Shown here: piece after piece, positions 9,971 through 19,894 of the stretch
Numbering within the stretch: the stretch's first letter is position 1
How the letters are laid out: every line of letters starts with the position of its first letter
From: Alphaproteobacteria bacterium
Lineage (GTDB): Bacteria; Pseudomonadota; Alphaproteobacteria; G965218375
Assembly: GCA_965218375.1 (NCBI GenBank)
Contig: OZ244618.1
Span: forward strand, 1,020,705 to 1,084,704
Length of the DNA: 64,000 nt
Direction: 5' to 3'
Position numbers and translations under genes: made by a program
The notes under the pieces: model-generated
Seen by the model: the letters and a program-made list of their open reading frames with translations, nothing else
The model's database searches: none
What the model was told of the DNA's origin: nothing

Positions 9971-10983
9971 ACAAAAAGTCACTTATTTTTCTTACAGGGA
10001 TCACCTTACTGACCCTAGGATATGCATTTTTTTCTATCGTCAAACCCAATTATTCTTCTACGTCAGCGGCACAAACCGCTGTTATGCCCCAGTTAGCAAA
10101 AGAACTCGATACCATTACGCAAGTCATTATCGAGACCGCCGATCAGACAACTGTGATCAGCCGCAATGAACAAAATGACTGGCAGATGGACAGTAAGCAT
10201 CAATATCCAGTGCAACAATCGGTGATTCGGGAAACCCTTCTCAATTTCGCAAATGCTCAAATTTTGGCACCCATGACCAAGGACCCTCAAAAACTTGGCC
10301 TTCTTGGGTTGGGGGATGCCAGCCCTGAGCTTAAAAAAGTAACATTTAAAGGCCTTTCCTCCCCTGATACCCTTTATATTGGTCGTCAAGTAACCTTGAA
10401 TACACCAAGCAATAACATGCAAGTGTCTGAGTTTTATGTGCGGTACCCAAAGGATTCCCAAGGGTTACATGTAAAAGGGGACCTCTCCCTGCCGAGATCA
10501 CACATCGACTGGCTTGACTTTGACCATGTTGCCATCCCCAAAGATCAGATAAAATCTGTCATCCTTACACACCAAGATGGCGAAGAAATTAGATTGCGTC
10601 AGGCGCCTGATCTTGGCACCGGCTTCACCCTTAAGAATCTTCCTGAGGGACGGAAAGAAAAATATCAATTTGTTGGTAATCAAATTGCGTTTGCCCTTCA
10701 TGAGGCGACCTTTTTAGATGTCGCGCCCTTTAACCCCTCCCAATCGACACCCATAAGTTCTATTCAATTCCACCTTCTGGACGAATCAACAACAACGGTA
10801 AATGTGGTAAAAAAAGATGAGAAATACTGGATTACCCTCCATAAATCTCAGGAATCAACCCAAGATAAAACCTCACCCCAGTGGCTATACTCTGTTACCA
10901 GCCTGACATCCTCCAGCCTCACCAAACGCATGGAAGACTTGTTAGAACCACAACCAAAAGATGAGAATTCTGATACCAAATAG
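9967..10983 (+). CDS. DUF4340-like periplasmic protein commonly paired with GldG
   Basis: 338 aa with an N-terminal signal/TM segment, overlapping the gldG stop by 4 nt. The family call rests on the conserved neighbourhood and on recalled similarity. Confidence 0.45.
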   Translation: MNKKSLIFLTGITLLTLGYAFFSIVKPNYSSTSAAQTAVMPQLAKELDTITQVIIETADQTTVISRNEQNDWQMDSKHQYPVQQSVIRETLLNFANAQILAPMTKDPQKLGLLGLGDASPELKKVTFKGLSSPDTLYIGRQVTLNTPSNNMQVSEFYVRYPKDSQGLHVKGDLSLPRSHIDWLDFDHVAIPKDQIKSVILTHQDGEEIRLRQAPDLGTGFTLKNLPEGRKEKYQFVGNQIAFALHEATFLDVAPFNPSQSTPISSIQFHLLDESTTTVNVVKKDEKYWITLHKSQESTQDKTSPQWLYSVTSLTSSSLTKRMEDLLEPQPKDENSDTK

Positions 10984-10992
10984 GATACACGT

Positions 10993-12120
10993 ATGGAATG
11001 GAGTCTAGAGCAGGTTGAGACCTTCAACGCTGGAATAAGTTTCTTAAAACAGCGTCATGATAGTGTTCTGATGCAATTTGGGATTGCCATTCTCATACTC
11101 CTTGCCTTCCTTGCTGCACGTAAATTTATCTTAGATATTATTCTTTCTCGGTTTAAAAAGTGGACAGAAAAGACCAAAAATATCAATGATGACCTGATAT
11201 TTGCCGCCATCAAGGGGCCGGCAGGGCTTATTTTTTACACTTTGGGTGCCTTGACCGCCCTGAGTGTTTTTTCCCTTGAAGGCATGCACCGCGACATCTC
11301 TAAGAATATTATTGACTCGACAATTATTTTTAGTTTGTTTTGGTTTGCCTATGGACTCACTGAGCCCCTGTCACTAATTTATAAAAACATTAGTAAAAAC
11401 AAAAAAATATCCAGCAGCTTTTATGGGTTTATTCTTAAGTCTTTAAAACTTACTATTATAATTTTGGGGACTATCTCTATCCTACAAGAGTGGGGCTATA
11501 ATGTTATGGGCTTTATTGCTTCGATCGGGCTCGTAGGTATGGTTATCGCCCTAGCAGCAAAGGATACAGTCGCCAACCTATTTGGAACCTTATCTATCAT
11601 CATGGATGATGTCATGGAAAATGGCGACTGGATTGAAACAGCTCAAGTGGAGGGAACCGTTGAAACTATTGGACTTAGATGTAGTAAAATACGCACCTTT
11701 GCCAACGCACTCGTCACTTTGCCCAACTCCCATATCTCGAATAATGCTGTAATTAACTGGTCGCGCATGAACCACCGCCGTATTAAGATGGTCATTGGCC
11801 TTGAGTACCAAACCGATAGCGCAACTCTACAGAAAGTTATTGCAGATATTCGGCAGTACCTAAAAGAAAACGATGACATTTGTACCGATGGTGACACCAT
11901 GTGTCTCATTAACCTTCATCATTTTAATGAAAGCTCTATTGATATATTTTTATACTTCTTTACCTTTACAACGAACTGGCAGAAGTACATGGATATCCGA
12001 CAAGAATGCCTTTTTAAATTTATGCACATTGTCGAAAGTTATGGGGCCTCATTTGCTTTCCCGAGCCAATCTATATACATACACAGCACGCCAAAAGATT
12101 CCCTTGCTTCTCCTGTGTAA
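10993..12120 (+). CDS. Small-conductance mechanosensitive channel (MscS family)
   Basis: 375 aa with N-terminal TM helices, then the MscS pore and beta-domain signature (GMVIALAAKDTVANLFG...GTVETIGLRCSKIRT...VTLPNS). Confidence 0.8.
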   Translation: MEWSLEQVETFNAGISFLKQRHDSVLMQFGIAILILLAFLAARKFILDIILSRFKKWTEKTKNINDDLIFAAIKGPAGLIFYTLGALTALSVFSLEGMHRDISKNIIDSTIIFSLFWFAYGLTEPLSLIYKNISKNKKISSSFYGFILKSLKLTIIILGTISILQEWGYNVMGFIASIGLVGMVIALAAKDTVANLFGTLSIIMDDVMENGDWIETAQVEGTVETIGLRCSKIRTFANALVTLPNSHISNNAVINWSRMNHRRIKMVIGLEYQTDSATLQKVIADIRQYLKENDDICTDGDTMCLINLHHFNESSIDIFLYFFTFTTNWQKYMDIRQECLFKFMHIVESYGASFAFPSQSIYIHSTPKDSLASPV

Positions 12121-12156
12121 AATGAACCAACACTTTTAAGTTAGGAAATTAAAGAA

Positions 12157-12978
12157 ATGTCCCCAATATCCACAGTCTCAAAAAAAAAAGTTCCTCCCCA
12201 CCCCCAAACTGTCCTTAATCCAGCCATAGGTGTCTTCACTTTATATTATAAAGAGGTGCATCGGTTTTTAAAAGTTTGGACTCAAACTCTATTTGCACCC
12301 TTAATAACCGTAGCGCTTTTTATGGTAATATTCTCAGTTTCTACGGGACTGGGAAAGACAGTTGTCGGAACTGTCCCTTTTCCCATTTTCTTAGCTCCTG
12401 GGCTTATTATGATGAGCGTGATACAAAACGCTTTTGCCAATTCATCATCAACGCTTATTTTATCAAAAATACAAGGCAGTATTTTTGATATGCTGCTGCC
12501 CCCCCTCAAACCACATGAAATTGTTTTAGGGTTAATTTTAGGGGCGGTAACACGGGGTTTACTTATTGGAATAATTCTCTGGGTCTTCATGTGGGCATTT
12601 GTTGGTCTTACTCCATCTAACCTCTGGTATATCGCCTCTTTTCTGATTCTGTCTTCATTTTTAGTCGGTTCGGTCGGTGTTTTAGTAGGTATTTGGGCGG
12701 AAAAGTTTGATCAAATCGCAGCCTTTACTAATTTTGTTATCACGCCCCTATCTTTTTTATCAGGAACATTTTACAATATTCAACGGCTTTCGGAGCCGTG
12801 GAGCATAATTGCTTACTTTAATCCATTTTTTTATATGATTGACGGCTTTAGATATGGCTTTACTCAAGAGTCAGACGCTGATCCTATTTTAGGATTATGC
12901 ATTCTTTTAGTAATCAATATTTTCTTGTTTCTTTTATGCACCTACCTTATGAAGATTGGCTACAAAACAAAACAGTAA
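12157..12978 (+). CDS. ABC-2 type transporter permease (YadH/NodJ-like), no cognate ATPase adjacent
   Basis: 273 aa integral membrane protein with six predicted TM helices and an ABC-2 permease-like hydropathy pattern. Family assignment is from recall. Confidence 0.55.
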   Translation: MSPISTVSKKKVPPHPQTVLNPAIGVFTLYYKEVHRFLKVWTQTLFAPLITVALFMVIFSVSTGLGKTVVGTVPFPIFLAPGLIMMSVIQNAFANSSSTLILSKIQGSIFDMLLPPLKPHEIVLGLILGAVTRGLLIGIILWVFMWAFVGLTPSNLWYIASFLILSSFLVGSVGVLVGIWAEKFDQIAAFTNFVITPLSFLSGTFYNIQRLSEPWSIIAYFNPFFYMIDGFRYGFTQESDADPILGLCILLVINIFLFLLCTYLMKIGYKTKQ

Positions 12979-13088
12979 CATCTGAGAAAAAAGCACCTAC
13001 AGTCTTCAAAGAACTGTAGAGTTCTCTTATACCCTACAAAAGACAAGAGGATATGTTCCTTTTCATTTTATATTAGCAAGGTTACAAA

Positions 13089-14264
13089 ATGCCATCCCCA
13101 TTTTTAATGCCAAATACCGATCCACCTGACTTAACCTTTTCCCATGGTCAAGGGCCGTGGCTCTACACCACAGAAAACGAAGCATACCTTGATTTTGTAA
13201 GTGGAATTGCCGTCAACACCCTTGGTCATGCTCATCCGTCTCTCATTGCTGCCCTTGAGAAACAAGCGCGTAAGTTATGGCATATATCAAATAGTTTACG
13301 CATTAAAGAAGCTGAAGAACTGGCTCAAAGGCTGACGGAAGTGAGTTTCGCTGACCGTGCCTTCTTTTGTAATTCAGGAGCTGAAGCAATCGAATGCGGC
13401 ATTAAAGCAGCGCGAAGATATTTCTGGCAAAAAGGTTTCAAAGATAAAAACCGTCTAATTACATTTCATAACGCCTTTCATGGCCGTACCCTTGCCACAA
13501 TTGCCGCGGCAGGTAACCCTTCATACTTAGCAGGATTTGCGCCCGCATTAGATGGATTTGACAACGTCCCCTTTAATGACATTGAGGCCGTTAAACAAGC
13601 GATTACCCCCCATACTGCTGGAATCTTATTAGAGCCTGTGCAAGGTGAGGGGGGCGTTACCATCGCTGAAGAGAGCTTTTTAAAGCAATTACGCGCGCTC
13701 TGCAACGAACACGATTTACTCCTCATTTATGATGAGGTTCAATGTGGGATTGCTCGAACAGGTCATTTGTTTACCTATGAGTGGTTTCAGGTTGCCCCAG
13801 ATATTATCTGTCTTGCTAAGGGTCTTGGTGGGGGCTTTCCTATCGGCGCATGTTTGCTGACCGAAGATGTAGCTCAGTACATGGTACCTGGCACCCACGG
13901 GTCAACATTTGGCGGTAATCCGTTAGCCATGTCTGTTGGTCTGACCATGATGGATATTATTTCTCAGCAATGTTTTTTAGCTAATGTGCGAGAAATGGGA
14001 GCTTATGCCCTTAATAGATTTAAGGAATTAGCTGATGAGAATCCAGATAAAATAGAAAAAGTTTTGGGGCGCGGTCTTATGTTAGGCGTTCAATTTAAAG
14101 AACATATAGTTAATAAAGAAGTTGTAACCGCCGCGCGCGAGGAACGGTTTCTCGTTGTTCGCGCCGGAAATAATGTGGTACGGATACTCCCGCCCCTTAA
14201 CGTTGACACCACCATAATCGACGAAGGTGTTAATCGCTTAGCTCGCACTATAAGGCATTTCTAG
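13089..14264 (+). CDS. argD: Acetylornithine aminotransferase (class III PLP aminotransferase)
   Basis: 391 aa with class-III aminotransferase motifs (TFGGNPLA, PLP-lysine region LAKGLGGGFPIGA). Directly precedes argF. Confidence 0.85.
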   Translation: MPSPFLMPNTDPPDLTFSHGQGPWLYTTENEAYLDFVSGIAVNTLGHAHPSLIAALEKQARKLWHISNSLRIKEAEELAQRLTEVSFADRAFFCNSGAEAIECGIKAARRYFWQKGFKDKNRLITFHNAFHGRTLATIAAAGNPSYLAGFAPALDGFDNVPFNDIEAVKQAITPHTAGILLEPVQGEGGVTIAEESFLKQLRALCNEHDLLLIYDEVQCGIARTGHLFTYEWFQVAPDIICLAKGLGGGFPIGACLLTEDVAQYMVPGTHGSTFGGNPLAMSVGLTMMDIISQQCFLANVREMGAYALNRFKELADENPDKIEKVLGRGLMLGVQFKEHIVNKEVVTAAREERFLVVRAGNNVVRILPPLNVDTTIIDEGVNRLARTIRHF

Positions 14265-14307
14265 TTCATATAGATGCCGACAATGAGTTCAATAGGAAAA
14301 ATACGAA

Positions 14308-15231
14308 ATGAATCATTTTCTCAACCTATCTGATATCCCCTCAGAAGAGGTCACTAGAATCCTTGAGGCAGCCCACAAGTTTAAAGGTGACCGACGAGAG
14401 CGAAGGTTTAAAGGAAGCCTGGATGCCTCCCCGCTCTTATCTGGCGCGTCCCTCGCAATGATATTTGAACAGCCATCCACACGTACCCACGTATCTTTTC
14501 ATGTGGCCATCACACAAATGGGCGGTACACCTATTATTATCAACAAGGAGAGTTCTCAACTAGGGCGCGGGGAGGAAGTTTCCGATACTGCCCAAGTCCT
14601 CTCCCGATATGTTGATGCGATTATGATGCGTACCCAGGCACATGAGAGAATTGTCAGCTTAGCGGAAAATGCAACAGTTCCTGTTATTAATGGCTTAACC
14701 GACTTACACCACCCCTGCCAGATTATAGGCGACCTGCTAACGATTCAAGAAAGATTCCCGCACCTAGATACCCTAAAACTTGCATGGATTGGTGACTACA
14801 ATAATGTGTGCAACAGCTTCGTTGAAGCCGCAAATATTTTTGGGTTTTCATTTGTAATTGCCCATCCTCCAAGCTATGGGCCCCATCCAGATGCCTTAAA
14901 CATTATCAATAATTCAGCAAAGATAACATTGACCCACACGGTACAAGAAGCGGCTGAGGATGCAGACGTCCTAATTACCGACACATGGTCCTCCATGTCT
15001 GATACGTCATCAACACAAAAACACCAAGACCTTAAACCCTTTCAAGTTAATGATAGCGTCATGGGTCATGCTGCCGATCATGCGATTTTTCTCCACTGCC
15101 TGCCCGCCTACCGCGAACTTGAAGTATCATCCTCTGTAATTGATGGTTCTCAATCTGCCGTATGGGATGAAGCAGAAAATCGGATTTATGCTCAAAAAGC
15201 TATCCTTGCTTGGTCTCTAGGTGTACTCTAA
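14308..15231 (+). CDS. argF: Ornithine carbamoyltransferase
   Basis: 307 aa with the carbamoyl-phosphate motif STRTH-like (PSTRTHVSF) and the HCLP motif. Confidence 0.9.
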   Translation: MNHFLNLSDIPSEEVTRILEAAHKFKGDRRERRFKGSLDASPLLSGASLAMIFEQPSTRTHVSFHVAITQMGGTPIIINKESSQLGRGEEVSDTAQVLSRYVDAIMMRTQAHERIVSLAENATVPVINGLTDLHHPCQIIGDLLTIQERFPHLDTLKLAWIGDYNNVCNSFVEAANIFGFSFVIAHPPSYGPHPDALNIINNSAKITLTHTVQEAAEDADVLITDTWSSMSDTSSTQKHQDLKPFQVNDSVMGHAADHAIFLHCLPAYRELEVSSSVIDGSQSAVWDEAENRIYAQKAILAWSLGVL

Positions 15232-15249
15232 TCTAAGTACAGTTAATTA

Positions 15250-16254
15250 TTGCCCTCAAAAAAATATACTATTAGACCCATGCAAACCTCTGATCATGAC
15301 ATTATTCAGCCTTTTAGCGCAAAATTACTGAATCTCCACGGGTGTATTGTTCACATTGACGACGTGGCCTCCTCCATCTTGGGACGACAAGATTACCCTG
15401 ACCTGGTTGCCCATATGCTGACGGAGGTTATCGCTGTTACCGTTACCTTGGGAAGCTCTGCCCTCAATAAACAAAAAGGCTCTCTCAGCTTCCAGATTAG
15501 TGGGAATGGGCCGATAAAAACATGTATTTCTGACTTTTACAGTAATAATGCCTGTCGCGGCCACTCACAATTTAATGCATCAGATATCAATTTTTTAGCT
15601 CGAAAATTAACAGACACGACTCCCCTGACAATGGAAGAAGTCTTTGGAAAAGGATACGTCTTGCTAACCTTGAACTACAGCAAGTCAAGTAATCACTATC
15701 AAAGCATTATAAAATTAACGGGCCAAACGATCACGGACTGCTTAACTGAATATTTATGTAAGTCACAACAAATATTGTCCTATATTACCTCGGCCATATA
15801 CCCCCCCACCGCGGAACATGGATGGCGGGCAAGCGTGCTGCTGATTCAGAGATTCGGCACAAAAGACCCTGACATTACGAACCATGAAGAGGCTTGGTCG
15901 ACGGCGGTTGACCTTATGAAAAAAGTTACGCCCCAAACCCTTAACTTTCAGAGACCTCCTTCTCAACTGATACATGATCTTTTTCATGAGTATGAATACT
16001 CTCTCCACCAGCCGTCTGTGCCAGAGTTTAGCTGTAACTGCACACGGGAAAAAATTATGAAAACCCTGGTCCAATTCTCCCCCAGTGACATTAAAGAAAT
16101 GGCAACAGATGGCAGAATTGTGGTGACGTGTCAGTTCTGTAATGCCAGTTACATGTTTACATCCGAACAAATCAAATATAGAGTCAAAGAATATAAAGGT
16201 ATGTCTGATGATGGGGATCTTGACCTCCAACATCCTGCTAACGACCCAACTTAA
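15250..16254 (+). CDS. hslO: Hsp33 redox-regulated chaperonin
   Basis: 334 aa. C-terminal zinc centre CxC...CxxC (FSCNCTREK...CQFCNASY). The start may be the internal Met at about 15280. Confidence 0.85.
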   Translation: MPSKKYTIRPMQTSDHDIIQPFSAKLLNLHGCIVHIDDVASSILGRQDYPDLVAHMLTEVIAVTVTLGSSALNKQKGSLSFQISGNGPIKTCISDFYSNNACRGHSQFNASDINFLARKLTDTTPLTMEEVFGKGYVLLTLNYSKSSNHYQSIIKLTGQTITDCLTEYLCKSQQILSYITSAIYPPTAEHGWRASVLLIQRFGTKDPDITNHEEAWSTAVDLMKKVTPQTLNFQRPPSQLIHDLFHEYEYSLHQPSVPEFSCNCTREKIMKTLVQFSPSDIKEMATDGRIVVTCQFCNASYMFTSEQIKYRVKEYKGMSDDGDLDLQHPANDPT

Positions 16255-16280
16255 GCTTAAAATCTTGAGGAGTATCAACA

Positions 16281-16895
16281 GTGATCCAATGTGTTTATGC
16301 GTTTTGCACCTCCCTTATAAAAGCGATTCTCGTTTTTTCACTTCCCATGATATTTTTAGGGCTGGCGCGGACAAATGCACAAGATACAGCATCTTCACAG
16401 CCCGCCCAAGAGCCTATTGTGTTAATGGTCAAGACAATCAATATCTCAAACGAGTATGTTCCGCCTCTCACCACTCCCCACATTGAGCACGTGTTCCCCA
16501 TAGAACCAGCCAACCTTATCCAAAAATGGGTCACTGATAATTTACGCATCATGGGGGGGCTTTATAAGGCGAGAGTCCGTATTCTTGATGCTTCTGTGAT
16601 CACCAGTCCCATAAAAATAGAGAAAAGCTGGAAAACTATATTTCGCGATTCCCTCTCGCAAAAGTACACAGCCACCTTGAAAACCCGTATAGAAGTATTT
16701 AATCCTGAAAACCAAGCGGTTATATCATGGGTTGAAGCTGGGTCTACGACCTCTGTTGCTTTACCTAAAAGCGCCTCAATTAAGGATAGGGAAGCGGCCT
16801 ATGCCTCCCTTCTTGATACGGCCATGGCCGCCCTAGATCAGGAAATCAGGACACAGGTCCACACATACTTCAAAACCTATATTATCTCTCAGTAA
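16281..16895 (+). CDS. Uncharacterised exported protein (signal peptide, apparent GTG start)
   Basis: 204 aa with a hydrophobic N-terminus (ILVFSLPMIFLGLARTNAQ). I recognise no family. Coding-like composition in the 26-bp gap after hslO. Confidence 0.5.
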   Translation: MIQCVYAFCTSLIKAILVFSLPMIFLGLARTNAQDTASSQPAQEPIVLMVKTINISNEYVPPLTTPHIEHVFPIEPANLIQKWVTDNLRIMGGLYKARVRILDASVITSPIKIEKSWKTIFRDSLSQKYTATLKTRIEVFNPENQAVISWVEAGSTTSVALPKSASIKDREAAYASLLDTAMAALDQEIRTQVHTYFKTYIISQ

Positions 16896-16904
16896 AACAG
16901 CGCC

Positions 16905-18365
16905 CTAGTCATACCAGAAGCGCGCCCGAAAAATAATCAGAACAATAAGAAACTCCATACGGCCCAATAACATTGCAACTATCAAAATCCACTTGGCCGT
17001 ATCCGAAAGGGATCCAAAATTACCGCTCGGCCCAATGACCGACCCAAGCCCAGGACCCACATTTGAAATCGCCGTTACGGCACCACTTAACGCCGTTATT
17101 GCATCCACACCTGTAAGCGCCAGACATATACTTGTTACCGCAAATGCCACAAAAAACACAAACATAAAAACCATAACTGACTCAATAATAGGGTCATCTA
17201 GTTTATATCCGTTATAAATAGGGTGCAAAACTTGATGTGGTTGATAAATCCGTTGTGCCTCAATTTTCACAACTGCCCCCAGCACCTGCCAACGAAAAAT
17301 CTTAACACCACAACTGGTTGACCCAGCACACCCGCCTATAAATGTGGCAAAAAAGAAAAAGGTCACCGCAGCATGGCCCCACGAAGAATAATCCGTCGAG
17401 GCGTATCCGGTTCCCGTAACAATTGAGACAATATTAAAAATGGCCAAACGGAAGGCATCTAAAATCGCGATACTACTCCCATTGTTCTTCTGTAAAATCA
17501 CCATAATTATTGACAATATCAAAACAACAACGAAAAAAGTCCTCACTTGTGGATCGCGCACTAAATATACAGGTCTTCCGCGCACCACTTGAAACAGCAT
17601 AAGAAACGGGATGGCGCCTATAATCATAAAGACAATGGCCACCCATTCAATGGCTGGGTTTTGGAACCCGCCAATGGAGTTATCGTTTGTCGAGAACCCT
17701 GCCGTAGAAACCGTAGTCATGGCATGATTAATGGCATCAAACACGTTCATCCCCATCGCCCGATAAAATACGGCACATAAAATAGACGCGCCAATATATA
17801 AAAAGAAAACAACTTTTGATAATTCTACTGCGCGCGGAAGCACTTTATCACTGATTTGGTCGCCCGATTCGCGCCGAAATAACTGCATACCTCCCATGTT
17901 CAAATGGGGCAAAAAGGCAATGGCAAAAATAATGACCCCAAAGCCCCCAATCCAGCACAACATTGAGCGCCATAATAAAATACTTGGTAACTGGTGCTGC
18001 AAGTTAGAATAAATTGTAGAGCCCGTTGTCGTAAAGCCACTGACAGCCTCAAACACAGAGTCCACCAAACTCATATCCCCTGAGTACCATAAGAAAGGTG
18101 TGGCACCGCTTAAGCACACGGCAACCCAACTGAGGGAAGAAAACAACAAGGCTTGACGGTTCGTCAAACCAGCACGACTATTGGTCCACGTAGCCAAGGT
18201 AAATACGCCGCCCGTAACAATATTCAGGACGCCACAAATAACAAATATAATCCAATCTTCATTTCCTGCAACCAAGCTAAATAAAGCAACAGGAAACATC
18301 ATAATGCCAATAAAAGAAATCAGGATCCCAACAAGAAATAAGACGGGGCGTACATCTAAAAACAT
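16905..18365 (-). CDS. trkH: Trk-system potassium uptake protein TrkH
   Basis: 486 aa polytopic membrane protein with repeated M-P-M pore loops (TGFST, TAGFS, GTGYA). Typical TrkH/TrkG. Confidence 0.85.
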   Translation of the reverse strand: MFLDVRPVLFLVGILISFIGIMMFPVALFSLVAGNEDWIIFVICGVLNIVTGGVFTLATWTNSRAGLTNRQALLFSSLSWVAVCLSGATPFLWYSGDMSLVDSVFEAVSGFTTTGSTIYSNLQHQLPSILLWRSMLCWIGGFGVIIFAIAFLPHLNMGGMQLFRRESGDQISDKVLPRAVELSKVVFFLYIGASILCAVFYRAMGMNVFDAINHAMTTVSTAGFSTNDNSIGGFQNPAIEWVAIVFMIIGAIPFLMLFQVVRGRPVYLVRDPQVRTFFVVVLILSIIMVILQKNNGSSIAILDAFRLAIFNIVSIVTGTGYASTDYSSWGHAAVTFFFFATFIGGCAGSTSCGVKIFRWQVLGAVVKIEAQRIYQPHQVLHPIYNGYKLDDPIIESVMVFMFVFFVAFAVTSICLALTGVDAITALSGAVTAISNVGPGLGSVIGPSGNFGSLSDTAKWILIVAMLLGRMEFLIVLIIFRARFWYD

Positions 18366-18521
18366 AAGAAAACAGTAAACCTCTTTTTAGAGAAACATGT
18401 TAATGGCTCTTATTGTACCACCGCCCTGACCCTATCATAAGTACAAAAATTAAAGGGCGGTATATTAAAAACGCATCATAAATAATATATGTAAAAACCG
18501 CTTTATACCAGCTCAAGATAC

Positions 18522-18599
18522 ATGATGCACCCGCTTCCACCCCCCGCGCGGAAGGCCTTCCCTTTAGACGTGCATATAGGTATACATTTGGGAATTTAA
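18522..18599 (+). pseudogene. Decayed partial copy of the N-terminus of the downstream XRE regulator (25-codon ORF)
   Basis: Translation MMHPLPPPARKAFPLDVHIGIHLGI* shares PLDVHIG (7/7) and flanking K/P with MPPKKPLPLDVHIGSRIRF at 19042. Most nucleotide differences are at third codon positions. Confidence 0.5.
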
Positions 18600-19041
18600 G
18601 ATATGCGAAAGTTCTTGATAAATATTTTTTTATATAAAAAACATTAAAATTTTCATATATTTAAGTATATTAAAGTGTTCTTTATATTTTCGTTATCCAA
18701 TATAAGAAATAAGTTTTTGTTCACTCTACAACACACGACTCATAAATCAAAAGGATGCGCAATACACTAACATTACCTTAATTTTTACCGGTTCACAGTA
18801 TGAAACATACACATAATTTTAAAGTTTTAATATATTAAAAAAATTTTCATTGTCCATAAATACTTCGTATACCAAGTAAAAGAACACATGTATATATACA
18901 AAAGTGGTATTTTGGGTTAGTATACCTTAATGCAATTGGCGATTCGTACAATATGTATGACATAGCCAATTATTTTTAAAATAAATTTTTTTTAATAAAA
19001 CCACCTTGGCGTGTGAAGCTAGATAAAAAGATGTAAATATT

Positions 19042-19287
19042 ATGCCACCTAAAAAACCTCTCCCTCTTGATGTTCATATTGGAAGCCGTATCCGTTTCAA
19101 AAGAAAAGCTTATAATGTAACTCAACAGAAACTTGCTAAAGAACTCAACATTACATTTCAACAAGTTCAGAAATATGAAAGCGGCACAAACCGTGTAAGT
19201 GCAAGTAGGTTATTTCAAATTGCACAAACACTTAATGTACCGATCAAATATTTTTTTGAAGAGTGGGATCCACCTAAAACTCCATAA
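19042..19287 (+). CDS. Small XRE-family helix-turn-helix transcriptional regulator
   Basis: 81 aa with an HTH_3 core (IGSRIRFKRKAYNVTQQKLAKELNITFQQVQKYESGTNRVSASRLFQIAQTLNV). Isolated between two long AT-rich spacers. Confidence 0.75.
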   Translation: MPPKKPLPLDVHIGSRIRFKRKAYNVTQQKLAKELNITFQQVQKYESGTNRVSASRLFQIAQTLNVPIKYFFEEWDPPKTP

Positions 19288-19894
19288 CCGAACACACACA
19301 CCTTCCAAACTTATTTTATGGGACTAATACGCAAACAAAACGGTTGCATACTATCAATTACCTCCGTAATACATGCCACAAAATAAATACTGAATCAGCA
19401 TGTACTCCCCTTTGAGTTATAGAAAAAAATAATTTAAAACAGCAAATTTTTAGTAAAAACCCATATACATATTATATTTCCAACATTAGCACCTATATTA
19501 AATTGATACACTAATTCTACGCACCATCATTATCCCCCCAGAAGGGTATTTGATAATTATGGACGTATAAATCGTGAACGTTTAAATTTATACAAGAAAA
19601 CTAATGAATTATATATTAATTAGCTGTAATATAGTATAGAATACGTTATTCAAATTACGCGTCAATAATAAATAAAGGTTATTATTGTATTTCTTTCATT
19701 TACCATATTCCACTTTATATTATTGATAAAATTCAATCCAAGAATCAAGTTTAGGGCATAAAATTAAAATAATATGTATACATAATACTTTTTTCACTTT
19801 TAATTTAAAAAAAGACTCATTGCATTTTTACAAATGAATCTCAAAAAATCACTCTATTCTTTTTATTGATTTGTCACACACTCTGAGGTTGAAA

